Numbered from the stretch's first letter, positions 1-8,063 are shown. The stretch is 64,000 nt of DNA from Solirubrobacterales bacterium (GCA_051954115.1 JBQCIB010000032.1:4872-68871), one strand, 5' to 3'. Notes: generated by a model from the letters alone, not told the origin. Program-made: numbers and translations.

Positions 1-2043
1 GCCGATGCGCCAGGCGTATTGCAGTTGCAGCAGGCGCGAGTGCACCGCCATCGCCGCGGTCTCCTCGTCCTCCTCCAACCCGTCGACCAGCTCCATCGCC
101 TGTTGCCAGAGCCGCAGGGCGTCGTGCGGGCGGCTGTGACCGGCCCAGTGGGCGGCGCGGGCCGACCAGCGCGCCGCTTCGAGCGTCTCACCCCCCTGGC
201 GCAGGTGGTCGGCGATCAGCGCTGCCAGCTCGTCGTAGCGGTCCGGCGGGTTCAGCTCGATCAGCGCCCGAGCCGCAGCGGCGTGGGTCCGCGCCCGCTG
301 CTCGGCGAGCTGGGTGCCGTAGGCGACCTCGCGGGTGAGCGGGTGGCGGAAGGCGAGCAGCCGCTGCGGGTAGAGCTCGGCTTCGTAGAGGAAGCCGCCG
401 TCGACCAGCTCCCGTAGCGAGGCCGCCATCTCCTCTTCGTCGAGCTCGGCGGCCAGCCCGAGCGCCTCCTCGCTGACCTCCTTGCCGAGCACGGAGGCGA
501 CCTGCAGCAGGTGCTTGGCGTCGCGGCCGAGGCGGTCGATCCGCGCCGCCAGCACCGCCTGCACGGTGACCGGAACCCCGACATCCTCGATCGGCTTCGC
601 CAACCGGTAAGCGCTGCGCTCCCCCTCCAGGTAGCCGGACTCGGCCAGCTCGCGGACGATCTCCTCGATGAAGAACGGGTTGCCGCCGGTGCGCTCGTGG
701 ATCGGCTCGTCGAGACCGTCGAGCGAGGGGTCTTCACCGGCGAGGTCGCGCAGCAGCTCCCGCGTGTCCTCCCGCCGCAGCGGCTCCAGCTCGATCGCCT
801 GCCAGCAGGGGCTCTCCTTCCAGGGCGGCGCGTACTCGGGCCTGTAGTTGGCGAGCACGAGCGTCCTCGCTCCGGCGAAGCCGTCGATCAGGCCGCTCAG
901 CATCGTCTGGCTGCCCTCGTCGACCCAGTGCAGGTCCTCGAAGACGAGCAGCAGCGTCTTCTTCCGGCTGGGGTTGCCGACTAGGCGGCAGAGGACGTCG
1001 GCGAGGGCGCGCTGCCGCGCCTCGGGGCTCATCTGCGGGGCCGGGCGGTCGGGGTCGGGAACGCCGAGGAAGTCGAAGAGCAGCGGCAGGTCGTCGGCGA
1101 AGGCGGCGTCGAGCAGCAGCGCGCGCCCGGCGATCTTCTCCCGCGCCAGCTGCTCGGGGTCGCCGTCGGCGATCCCGAAGAAGGCGCGCAGCATCTGCAG
1201 GACCGGCATGAACGGGATCGACTTGCCGTGGGCCTGCCCCTGCGCCTGGAAGACCTCGGTGCCTTCGCTGCGGCAGCGCTCGACGAACTCGTGGTAGAGG
1301 CGGCTCTTGCCGATCCCCGCCTCGGCGACGATGCCGATCGCGCCTGCCTCTCCCTCGTTCGCCCGGCCCAACGCCTCCCGCAGCCTCTCCATCTCCCGCT
1401 CGCGGCCGACGAAGCGGGAGAAGCCGCGCTCGCGGGCGAGGTCGAGGCGGCTGCGCGCCTCCCCGACCCCGGCCAGCTCGAAGACCTGGACCGGCCGGCT
1501 GGCGCCCTTGATCTCGAACTCGCCGAGGTCGCGGAGGTCGAGGAAGCCGCGGGCCAGCTCGGCGGTGTGCTCGGTGACGTAGGCCTTGCCGGGCTCGGCC
1601 AGCGCCTCCATCCGCTGGGCCAGGCCGACGGTGTGGCCGATCGCGGTGTAGGAGCCTTCGCCGCCGCCGATCGCGCCGGCGACCACCTCGCCGGAGTTGA
1701 TCCCGATCCGGGTCGAGAAGTTGAGTCCCTTGGCCCGGCGCAGCTCGCCCGCGTACTCGGCGACGTCGTCGAGCATCTGCAAAGCGGCGTAGCAGGCGCG
1801 CCGCGCATGGTCCTCGTGGGCGACCGGGGCGCCGAAGATGGCCATGATCCCGTCGCCGGTGAACTTGTCGACGGTCCCCTCGAAGCGGGTCACCGTCTCC
1901 GCCAGCAGCGAGAAGAAGCGCTGCATGATCTTGCGCCACTCCTCAGGGTCCTCCTGCTCGGCGAGGTCCATCGAGCCGCTGACGTCGGCGAAGAGGACCG
2001 TCACCTGCTTGCGCTCGGCCTCGTCCTGGCTGGCTTCGTACAC
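1..2043 (-). CDS. Class III adenylate/guanylate cyclase fused to a STAND-type P-loop NTPase and a helical-repeat (TPR-like) region; the 3' end runs off the left window edge
   Basis: Absent from the ORF track because the frame stays open to the window edge. My minus-strand translation gives RKQVTVLFADVSGSMDLAE..FEGTVDKFTGDGIMAIFGAPVAHEDHA (cyclase core). It continues with FVGREREMERL..GIVAEAGIGKSRL (P-loop) and then a helical C-terminal part. Start GTG 2043 is preferred; an in-frame ATG lies at 2109. Confidence 0.85.
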   Translation of the reverse strand, partial: MYEASQDEAERKQVTVLFADVSGSMDLAEQEDPEEWRKIMQRFFSLLAETVTRFEGTVDKFTGDGIMAIFGAPVAHEDHARRACYAALQMLDDVAEYAGELRRAKGLNFSTRIGINSGEVVAGAIGGGEGSYTAIGHTVGLAQRMEALAEPGKAYVTEHTAELARGFLDLRDLGEFEIKGASRPVQVFELAGVGEARSRLDLARERGFSRFVGREREMERLREALGRANEGEAGAIGIVAEAGIGKSRLYHEFVERCRSEGTEVFQAQGQAHGKSIPFMPVLQMLRAFFGIADGDPEQLAREKIAGRALLLDAAFADDLPLLFDFLGVPDPDRPAPQMSPEARQRALADVLCRLVGNPSRKKTLLLVFEDLHWVDEGSQTMLSGLIDGFAGARTLVLANYRPEYAPPWKESPCWQAIELEPLRREDTRELLRDLAGEDPSLDGLDEPIHERTGGNPFFIEEIVRELAESGYLEGERSAYRLAKPIEDVGVPVTVQAVLAARIDRLGRDAKHLLQVASVLGKEVSEEALGLAAELDEEEMAASLRELVDGGFLYEAELYPQRLLAFRHPLTREVAYGTQLAEQRARTHAAAARALIELNPPDRYDELAALIADHLRQGGETLEAARWSARAAHWAGHSRPHDALRLWQQAMELVDGLEEDEETAAMAVHSRLLQLQYAWRIG

Positions 2044-2072
2044 GACGTCACGAAGGTTACGCCGATGGCCTT

Positions 2073-2107
2073 GGCGACTTTGCAAGCCATTGGTTTGCAA
2101 AGTCGCC
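2073..2107. promoter_or_regulatory. 35-bp near-perfect palindrome GGCGACTTTGCAAGCCATTGGTTTGCAAAGTCGCC between the divergent cyclase and SDR genes (copy A)
   Basis: The 17-nt arms match with one mismatch (a G:T wobble if RNA) around a single central T. A second copy, 30/35 identical by hand count, lies at 29024-29058. Confidence 0.6.
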
Positions 2108-2133
2108 ATCTCGTCCTCTGTAGCCTCACCTCG

Positions 2134-2970
2134 GTGCGATCGGTCCTCGTCACCGGAGCCTCGACCGGCATCGGCCGCGCCACCGCTCTGCGGCTGGACG
2201 GCTCCGGGTGGCGGGTCTTCGCCGGGGTGCGCGAGGAGGCCGATGCGGCATCGCTACGGGTGGCGGGGTCGGAGCGGATCGCACCCGTCTTCCTCGACGT
2301 CACCGAGCCGGAGCAGATCGCCGCGGCCGCCGAGCGTGTGGAGCGGGAGAGCGACAGAGGGCTCGACGGTCTGGTCAACAACGCTGGCGTGGCGATCCCC
2401 GGGCCGCTGGAGACGGTCCCGCTCGAGGACTTCCGGCGCCAGCTCGAGGTCAACCTCGTCGCCTACGTGGCGATGACCCAGGCGCTGCTGCCGCAGATCC
2501 GCAAAGCCGAAGGGCGCGTCGTCTTCCTCAGCTCGATCGGCGGGCGCATCGCCTTCCCGTTCGGCGGCCCCTACCACGCCTCGAAGTTCGGGACCGAGGC
2601 GATCGGCGACGTCTTCCGACAGGAGCTGCGACCGTGGGGCCTGAAGGTCTCGATCATCGAGCCCGGCTCGATCGACACCCCGATCTGGGAGCGCGGTCAG
2701 CGCAAGGGCAGGGAGATCGAGGAGAAGGCGCCGAGGACGAACCTGCTCTACGGCGCCGCGATCGAGAAGTTCCGCAAGGTGATCGAAGACACCGCCGAAC
2801 GCGGGATCCCGCCGGAGAAGGTGGCGAAGGCGATCTCGCACGCGCTCGAATCGCCGCGCCCGAAGAGCCGTTACCTGGTCGGGCTCGACGCCAAGGTGCA
2901 GGCGCGGCTGAAACCGCTGATCCCGACGTCGCTCTTCGACCGGATCGTCGCCCGCCAGTTGAACCTCTAG
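2134..2970 (+). CDS. Short-chain dehydrogenase/reductase (SDR)
   Basis: The track ORF 1228-2970 was trimmed to GTG 2134 because its upstream part is antisense to the cyclase. The N-terminus VRSVLVTGASTGIGRATALRL carries the TGxxxGxG Rossmann motif. YHASK matches the catalytic YxxxK, and NNAG is present. Confidence 0.9.
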   Translation: MRSVLVTGASTGIGRATALRLDGSGWRVFAGVREEADAASLRVAGSERIAPVFLDVTEPEQIAAAAERVERESDRGLDGLVNNAGVAIPGPLETVPLEDFRRQLEVNLVAYVAMTQALLPQIRKAEGRVVFLSSIGGRIAFPFGGPYHASKFGTEAIGDVFRQELRPWGLKVSIIEPGSIDTPIWERGQRKGREIEEKAPRTNLLYGAAIEKFRKVIEDTAERGIPPEKVAKAISHALESPRPKSRYLVGLDAKVQARLKPLIPTSLFDRIVARQLNL

Positions 2971-3011
2971 AGCCGTCAAGACGCCCCGAGCGCTCATATA
3001 CTGGGTTCGCC

Positions 3012-3027
3012 GATTGACTGGTCAATC
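3012..3027. promoter_or_regulatory. Operator-like palindrome GATTGAC-TG-GTCAATC just upstream of the nitrilase-tetR operon
   Basis: Two 7-bp inverted arms with a 2-nt spacer end 4 nt before the GGAGGA ribosome-binding site (3031-3036) and 14 nt before GTG 3041. The half-site is shared with 55014-55029. Confidence 0.45.
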
Positions 3028-3040
3028 AACCGGAGGATCA

Positions 3041-3874
3041 GTGCGAGTAGCCGCCGTACAGCTGAATTCGAACGGGGACAAGGAGCGGAACCTGGCCGCC
3101 GCGGAGCGGCTGGTGCGCGCTGCGGCCGGCGAGGGGGCTGAATTCGTCGCCCTGCCGGAGAAGTGGAACCTGCTCGCGTGCGGCGAGGAACTCGTCGCCG
3201 GGGCGGAGCCGCTCGACGGCCCGAGCCTGAGCGCCGCCCGCGGCTGGGCCCGCGACCTCGGCATCCACCTCCTCGCCGGCAGCATCTCCGAGCGCGGGGA
3301 GAACGGGGAGAAGGCCTCGAACACCTCGGTCCTGATCGGCCCGGACGGGGAGGACGTCGCCGTCTACCGCAAGATCCACATGTTCGACGTCGACGCTGGC
3401 GGCGTCTCCTACCGTGAGTCGGCGCACGAGCGGCCGGGCACTGAGGTGGTCGTCGCGCCGGTGGGGGACCTGACCCTCGGCATGACCGTTTGTTACGACC
3501 TCCGCTTCCCGGAGCTGTTCCGGATCCTCGCCCTGCGCGGCGCCCGCGTCATCGCCGTCCCCTCCGCCTTCACCCTCGCCACCGGCCGCGACCACTGGGA
3601 AGTGCTGCTGCGGGCGCGGGCGATCGAGGACCAGGTCTTCGTCGTTGCGCCCAACCAGGTCGGCGAGGCGCCGCCGCACTACAGCTCCTTCGGGCGCTCG
3701 ATGATCGTCGACTCCTGGGGCGTCGTCCTCGCCACCGCCCCCGATGGCGAGGGTTTCGTCGCCGCCGAGCTCGACTTCGCCGAGCAGGACCGGGTGCGCG
3801 AGGCGCTGCCCTCGCTCGCCAACCGCCGGCCCGGCGCCTACCGCTGGCCGCAGCCGACGGAGAGTCGCAGCTGA
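3041..3874 (+). CDS. Carbon-nitrogen hydrolase (nitrilase/omega-amidase superfamily)
   Basis: VRVAAVQLNS...ALPEKWN...YRKIHMFD...TVCYDLRFPELF fit the Glu-Lys-Cys triad context. GGAGGA sits 4 nt before GTG 3041. The stop overlaps the next start (ATGA at 3872-3876). Confidence 0.85.
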   Translation: MRVAAVQLNSNGDKERNLAAAERLVRAAAGEGAEFVALPEKWNLLACGEELVAGAEPLDGPSLSAARGWARDLGIHLLAGSISERGENGEKASNTSVLIGPDGEDVAVYRKIHMFDVDAGGVSYRESAHERPGTEVVVAPVGDLTLGMTVCYDLRFPELFRILALRGARVIAVPSAFTLATGRDHWEVLLRARAIEDQVFVVAPNQVGEAPPHYSSFGRSMIVDSWGVVLATAPDGEGFVAAELDFAEQDRVREALPSLANRRPGAYRWPQPTESRS

Positions 3875-4473
3875 TGGCCCAGGCGCCGCCCGCCGACAAA
3901 CGCCGCCTCATCCTCGACGCCGCCGTCCGCGTCTTCGCCCGCCAGGGCTTCCACGCGACCCGCGTCTCCGACATCGCCGACGAGGCGGGGGTCGCCTACG
4001 GCCTCGTCTACCACTACTTCAAGTCGAAGGACGAGGTCCTGAACGAACTCTTCATCGAGCGCTGGTCGCTGCTCCTGGCGGCAATCGAGGAGGCCGACCG
4101 CACGAGCTCAGACCCACGCGAGAAGCTGGCCGCGGTGGCCGGTTTCATCTTCGACTCCTACCGCCACGACCCGGAGCTGATGAAGGTGATCATCGTCGAG
4201 GTGACGCGGGCGGCGAACTCGTTCGGCCAGACGCACCTGGAGGAAATCCGCCGCGCCTACGAGGGAATCGCGAAGATCGTCGCCGACGGCCAGGAGAGCG
4301 GCGCCTTTCGCCGCGACGTCGCCCCGATGTTCGCCTCGATGGCCTTCTACGGCGCGGTCGAGCAGCTCCTCTCCGGCTGGATCTTTGAGACGATCCCCGC
4401 CTCGGAGACCGATTTCGACCAGGCGCGCGATCTCCTGGTGACGACGATCTGCGACGGGCTCGACCCCAGGTGA
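3874..4473 (+). CDS. TetR/AcrR-family transcriptional regulator
   Basis: The N-terminal helix-turn-helix RLILDAAVRVFARQGFHATRVSDIADEAGVAYGLVYHYFKSKDEVL is typical of TetR. It is translationally coupled to the nitrilase gene. Confidence 0.9.
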   Translation: MAQAPPADKRRLILDAAVRVFARQGFHATRVSDIADEAGVAYGLVYHYFKSKDEVLNELFIERWSLLLAAIEEADRTSSDPREKLAAVAGFIFDSYRHDPELMKVIIVEVTRAANSFGQTHLEEIRRAYEGIAKIVADGQESGAFRRDVAPMFASMAFYGAVEQLLSGWIFETIPASETDFDQARDLLVTTICDGLDPR

Positions 4474-4553
4474 AATAGGGTGGGCGGGATCTGTCACCGC
4501 TGCCGCACAGAGATGGTTTACTGCCGAGCGCCCGAGGGGAAGGTTTGAGCTGA

Positions 4554-4688
4554 GTGGATAACGACCTTGTAAAGCGTCTCGTCTGGAGCGGCCTCCTTGC
4601 CGCCACCGGCGCCCTGGCGAGCATCGCCGCCGCGCGGGTCGCGGCGATCCTCTATCGCCGCATCTACAACGAGGACCCGCCGGAGTAG
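4554..4688 (+). CDS. Small membrane protein (44 aa, DUF4235-like by recollection)
   Basis: Below the track's size cutoff. GTG 4554 is preceded by GAGGGGAAGG. The product VDNDLVKRLVWSGLLAATGALASIAAARVAAILYRRIYNEDPPE has one hydrophobic helix. It sits ahead of the holin-X/DUF3618 pair. Confidence 0.4.
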   Translation: MDNDLVKRLVWSGLLAATGALASIAAARVAAILYRRIYNEDPPE

Positions 4689-4697
4689 GAGCGACGC

Positions 4698-5147
4698 ATG
4701 GCTGAGCCCGTCCAGAACCCGCCGCCGATCCCGCCCCCGGGACCACCGCCACCGCCCGAGCAGCGCTCCCTTGCCGACCTCGTCGTCGAAGTCTCCGAAA
4801 ACGCCTCGACGCTCGTTCGCGAGGAGATCGAGCTCGCCAAGGCCGAGCTCTCGCAGAAAGTCGCGAAGATCCTGCGCGGCTCCGTCGTCGGGATCGCCGC
4901 CGGCACCTTCGCCTTCCTGGCGCTGATCCTGGTCCTCCACGGGATCGCCTGGCTGCTCGGCGAAGAACTCTTCAGCGGCAACATCTGGGCCGGCTACTTC
5001 GTCACCGCCGGCATCTTCCTGCTGATCGCCGCCCTCGCCGGCTTCATCGCCTTCCGCTCGGTCAAGGCCGGTACGCCGCCGGTGCCCGAGCAGGCGATCG
5101 AAGAGGCGAAGCTGACGAAGGAGATGCTCGAAAAGGAGGCCTCGTGA
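4698..5147 (+). CDS. Membrane protein of the actinobacterial 'holin-X' (phage holin superfamily III-like) family
   Basis: A Pro-rich N-terminus is followed by LVREEIELAKAEL and two hydrophobic helices. The architecture matches my recollection of PF07332-type proteins. Confidence 0.6.
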   Translation: MAEPVQNPPPIPPPGPPPPPEQRSLADLVVEVSENASTLVREEIELAKAELSQKVAKILRGSVVGIAAGTFAFLALILVLHGIAWLLGEELFSGNIWAGYFVTAGIFLLIAALAGFIAFRSVKAGTPPVPEQAIEEAKLTKEMLEKEAS

Positions 5148-5371
5148 CCACCGGTGCGCCAGGACGTTCCCCCGCGGAGATCCGCCGTGACATCGATCTC
5201 AAGCGGCGCGAGCTGGGGACCTCGGTCGAGGCCCTGCGCGGCCGCGTCAACGAGCTGACCGACTGGCGCCGCCAGGTCGAGGAGCACAAACAGCAGCTGA
5301 TCGTCGGAGCCGCTGCCGTCGGCTTCTTCATCGGGGCGCGGGCGATGCTGCGCCGCCGCCGCAACCGCTGA
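5144..5371 (+). CDS. DUF3618-like small protein (coiled coil plus C-terminal TM helix)
   Basis: SPAEIRRDIDLKRRELGTSVEALRGRVNEL is followed by LIVGAAAVGFFIGARAML. The start overlaps the upstream stop by 4 nt. Confidence 0.6.
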   Translation: MTTGAPGRSPAEIRRDIDLKRRELGTSVEALRGRVNELTDWRRQVEEHKQQLIVGAAAVGFFIGARAMLRRRRNR

Positions 5372-5378
5372 CCGGCGG

Positions 5379-6254
5379 CTAAGCGATCAGCTCTGTATCG
5401 ACGCTGCCGACCCCGAGCAGCCCTGGCCCGACGTGGGCGCCGAGGACGGGCCCGACCTCGGAGATGAAGGCCGGCTCGCAGCCGAAGATCTCGTAGCAGT
5501 CTTCGATCAGCGCCTCGGCGGTCTCTTTGTCCTGGATGTACTGGACAACCCAGCCGTAGGCGCCGGACTCCTTGCGCTGGCGCGCGTAGCCGCGCAGCCG
5601 CTCCAGCGAGCGGGCACGGGTGCGGACGCGCTCGACCGGGGTGATCTCCTCCTCGAGGGTGAGGATCGGCTTGATCTTCAGGGCGCCGCCGATCCAGGCG
5701 CGGGCGCCGCCGATGCGGCCGCCGCGGCGCAGATACTCGAGCGTGTCGATCGCAAACCACATCTTCAGGTTGTTGCGGGTCTCCTCGGCGCGGGCGATCG
5801 TGCCGAGGCCGTCGGCCCCGGCCGCCGCCGCCGAGGCGGCTCCGAGGGCGCAGAGCCCCATGCCGCCGGCGGCCGAGCGCGAGTCCATGACGTGCAGGCG
5901 CTCGCCGCCCTTGCCTTCCTCGATCAGCCGCTCACGCGCCTGGCCGGCGGCCTCGAAGGTGCCGGAGATGCCGGCGGAGATATGGACCGAGACCACTTCC
6001 CGGCCTTCGTCCAAGAGCGGTTCGTAGACCTCGAGGAAATCGCCGATCGAGGGCTGCGAGGTGGTCGCGCCCGATTCCGAAGCGCGCAGCCGCTCGTAGA
6101 ACTCGTCGAAGTCGCTGATCTCCGACTCCTTCTCCTGGTGCCCGTCAACGGAGACGTAGAGGCTGATCGTCTTGATGCCCCGCTCCGCCGCCAGCTCGGT
6201 CGGCAAATAGCCAGTCGTGTCGCAGACGACCGCGGTCTGGGCCGAGGAGCTCAC
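5379..6254 (-). CDS. DegV-family fatty-acid-binding protein
   Basis: AVVCDTTGYLP..ISLYVSVDG..TTSQPSIGDFLEVYE..VVSVHISAGISGTFEAA is the typical DegV signature. Confidence 0.9.
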   Translation of the reverse strand: MSSSAQTAVVCDTTGYLPTELAAERGIKTISLYVSVDGHQEKESEISDFDEFYERLRASESGATTSQPSIGDFLEVYEPLLDEGREVVSVHISAGISGTFEAAGQARERLIEEGKGGERLHVMDSRSAAGGMGLCALGAASAAAAGADGLGTIARAEETRNNLKMWFAIDTLEYLRRGGRIGGARAWIGGALKIKPILTLEEEITPVERVRTRARSLERLRGYARQRKESGAYGWVVQYIQDKETAEALIEDCYEIFGCEPAFISEVGPVLGAHVGPGLLGVGSVDTELIA

Positions 6255-6390
6255 AAGCGCGATTCTAGACGCGCTGTCACCTTGGACAGCAGGCGAGGTA
6301 GTGGGTCAGTTTGAAATAGCCCCCGCAGAGCCCTGATCCCGCTAAGCGGCGGGTGCTGAAGGGCGACTCGGGCCCTGACGGATCTCAACC

Positions 6391-6632
6391 AGCTACGTCG
6401 AGGGGCAGAACCTCACGATGCGTATGGGGATGCGGCGCTTCACCGGCTGACCAACGGCTTCAGCCGCAAAGTCGAGAACCTCGCCCACGCGGTCAGTCTC
6501 CACTTCATGCACTACAACTTCGCCCGCCCGCATAAGAGCCTCAACTAGAGCTACACGCGCACTCCGGCAATGGCGGCGGGAGTGGCGGATCACATCTGGA
6601 CGCTGGAAGAGATCGCGGCGCTGCTGGACTAG
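6391..6632 (+). pseudogene. C-terminal remnant of an IS1-family transposase
   Basis: Translation: SYVEGQNLTMRMGMRRFT, then a 1-nt deletion near 6445, then LTNGFSRKVENLAHAVSLHFMHYNFARPHKSLN*SYTRTPAMAAGVADHIWTLEEIAALLD*. The in-frame TAG is at 6546-6548. The N-terminal two thirds or so are missing. The family assignment is from memory of the E.xNL..R...RL.R...FSK motif. Confidence 0.65.
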
Positions 6633-6636
6633 GCGG

Positions 6637-7539
6637 TTACGGGCGATGGTGATTATCCAGCCAATCCCTCACGCCCTTGACGGCGTTCTTGGCTGCTTCA
6701 ACTCGGGCGTGTGCTTCGGTATTGGGCTCGGCGGCAAGCAGGAACCTTTCGAGGGGCTTCAACGCCGCGGCGAGCTGGGGGTCCTTTCCGGCCTTAGCTT
6801 CGAAGTCGGCAGGCCCCAACGGCTTAGCCTCCGCGGATCGCCACCGTTCCGAACTTAGTTCGCCGAGGGTGTGCAGCTGGCCCGACATGATCGTCTCATC
6901 ATCGACGGGGCCGATTGGGCGATCTCCAAAAGCTTTGTAAACCTTGCCCACCGCCTCTTTCAGGTCTCCGCTCCGGTGCCAGTCCTCGGAACAGTGGTCC
7001 TCATAGATCCAAGCCGCCGAGAAGAACTGAGCGAATGCGTAATGAAGCGTCTGCATCGCCTCGGCGTGGGTGACCGTCGAGGTGCCGTCCGGGAGCCTGT
7101 CCTCATATTCGTTGTTCTCGACCGCAGCCTGCCAGTTGTCGAAGTTTTCGAGGATGTTGGCGAACTGGCTCGTGGCCGCCAGTAGGGCATCGAGCCGTTG
7201 CGCGAGATCGCCGCGAATGGGCCGAGGGAGGAGCGCCTCTGTCCCATCATGTCGCTGATCACCTGGTGATCCTGGTGGCGACGGCAAGGTCTCGGCTGCT
7301 GCTGAAGTGCTCCGGGCCCTGAGATAGGTCCAAACCGTCAACGTCGCTGCACACAGGAAGCAGAACAGGGCGAAACCCATCAGCCCAAGCCAAATACCGT
7401 TGAGCGAGGTGGTGGCGTGCAGGACCACCGGGAATGCTGCAGAGATCGCCGCGTAGATCAAGGCGTAGACGACGGTCCAAACGCCGTTGGAGAAGGCGTT
7501 CTTGCGCGTGAAAGTCTCCCTGAGAAGGCTCGGGGGCAC
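6637..7539 (-). CDS. Hypothetical membrane-anchored protein (cargo of the IS-like element)
   Basis: A 300-aa ORF with coding-like codon usage. It has two N-terminal hydrophobic helices (VWTVVYALIYAAISAAFPVVL, IWLGLMGFALFCFLCAATLTVW) and a roughly 200-aa soluble domain. I recognise no family. Confidence 0.6.
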   Translation of the reverse strand: MPPSLLRETFTRKNAFSNGVWTVVYALIYAAISAAFPVVLHATTSLNGIWLGLMGFALFCFLCAATLTVWTYLRARSTSAAAETLPSPPGSPGDQRHDGTEALLPRPIRGDLAQRLDALLAATSQFANILENFDNWQAAVENNEYEDRLPDGTSTVTHAEAMQTLHYAFAQFFSAAWIYEDHCSEDWHRSGDLKEAVGKVYKAFGDRPIGPVDDETIMSGQLHTLGELSSERWRSAEAKPLGPADFEAKAGKDPQLAAALKPLERFLLAAEPNTEAHARVEAAKNAVKGVRDWLDNHHRP

Positions 7540-7669
7540 CAGCCGACCCTAAAGGGGACCGCGTTTTGCCGAAGGGCCGGGAGCGACGTTCGGGATGCGT
7601 TCGTCGCGAGATCCCCTGCGCCTTCAAACTGACCCACTACCAGCAGCGAGGGACGCTACACTTTGTGAA

Positions 7670-8050
7670 GTGAGCGATACGCCTCAAGCAGCAATCACCC
7701 TCACCGATAAGGCCGTCGAGAAGATCGGCGAGCTGCTCGGGTCGCAGGCCGAGGGCGCCGAGCAGGCGCTGCGGGTCGCGGTTCGGGGCGGCGGCTGCTC
7801 CGGCTTCCAGTACGCGCTCGCCTTCGACAAGGCCAAGGAGGACGACCACGTCTTCGAGGTCGACGGCGTCGCCGTCGTCGTCGATAAGGTCAGCATGCAG
7901 TTCGTCTTCGGCTCGGAGGTCGACTACGTCGAAGGCCTCCAGGGCGCCGGCTTCCAGGTCAACAACCCGAACGTGGTTGCGGCTTGCGGCTGCGGCTCCT
8001 CCTTCCAGGTTAAAGAGGACGCGGCTGAACAAGCTGCCTCCGCCGTCTAG
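7670..8050 (+). CDS. erpA: Iron-sulfur cluster insertion protein (HesB/IscA/ErpA family)
   Basis: ITLTDKAVEKI..LRVAVRGGGCSGFQY..NPNVVAACGCGSSF carries the three conserved Cys. The start was trimmed to GTG 7670 because the longer track ORF reads through the IS inverted repeat. Confidence 0.85.
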   Translation: MSDTPQAAITLTDKAVEKIGELLGSQAEGAEQALRVAVRGGGCSGFQYALAFDKAKEDDHVFEVDGVAVVVDKVSMQFVFGSEVDYVEGLQGAGFQVNNPNVVAACGCGSSFQVKEDAAEQAASAV

Positions 8051-8063
8051 ACCGGCGCATTTC

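Larger units (their letters stand above)
6297..7641. mobile_element. IS1-like, terminal-inverted-repeat-bounded element carrying a decayed transposase and one cargo gene
   Basis: Perfect 19-bp inverted repeats: GGTAGTGGGTCAGTTTGAA at 6297-6315 and its reverse complement at 7623-7641. The flanks CAGCAGGCGA(G) and CAGCAGCGAG form a direct repeat differing by one G, consistent with an 8-10 bp target duplication. The interior looks lower in G+C. Confidence 0.7.

Noticed and set aside
1228-2133. N-terminal 300 aa of track ORF 1228-2970
   Set aside because: This part is antisense to the adenylate cyclase-STAND gene and has no SDR features. The SDR Rossmann motif begins right after GTG 2134.
4698-5147. 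'Holin' gene as evidence of a prophage
   Set aside because: No integrase, terminase, capsid, tail or endolysin genes are nearby. The composition matches the host, and the gene is linked to DUF3618-like and DUF4235-like genes instead.
6353-6593. Short ORFs 6353-6535(+) and 6393-6593(-) inside the IS-like element
   Set aside because: They are out-of-frame or antisense readings of the decayed transposase remnant. The meaningful reading is the frameshifted IS1-like C-terminus.
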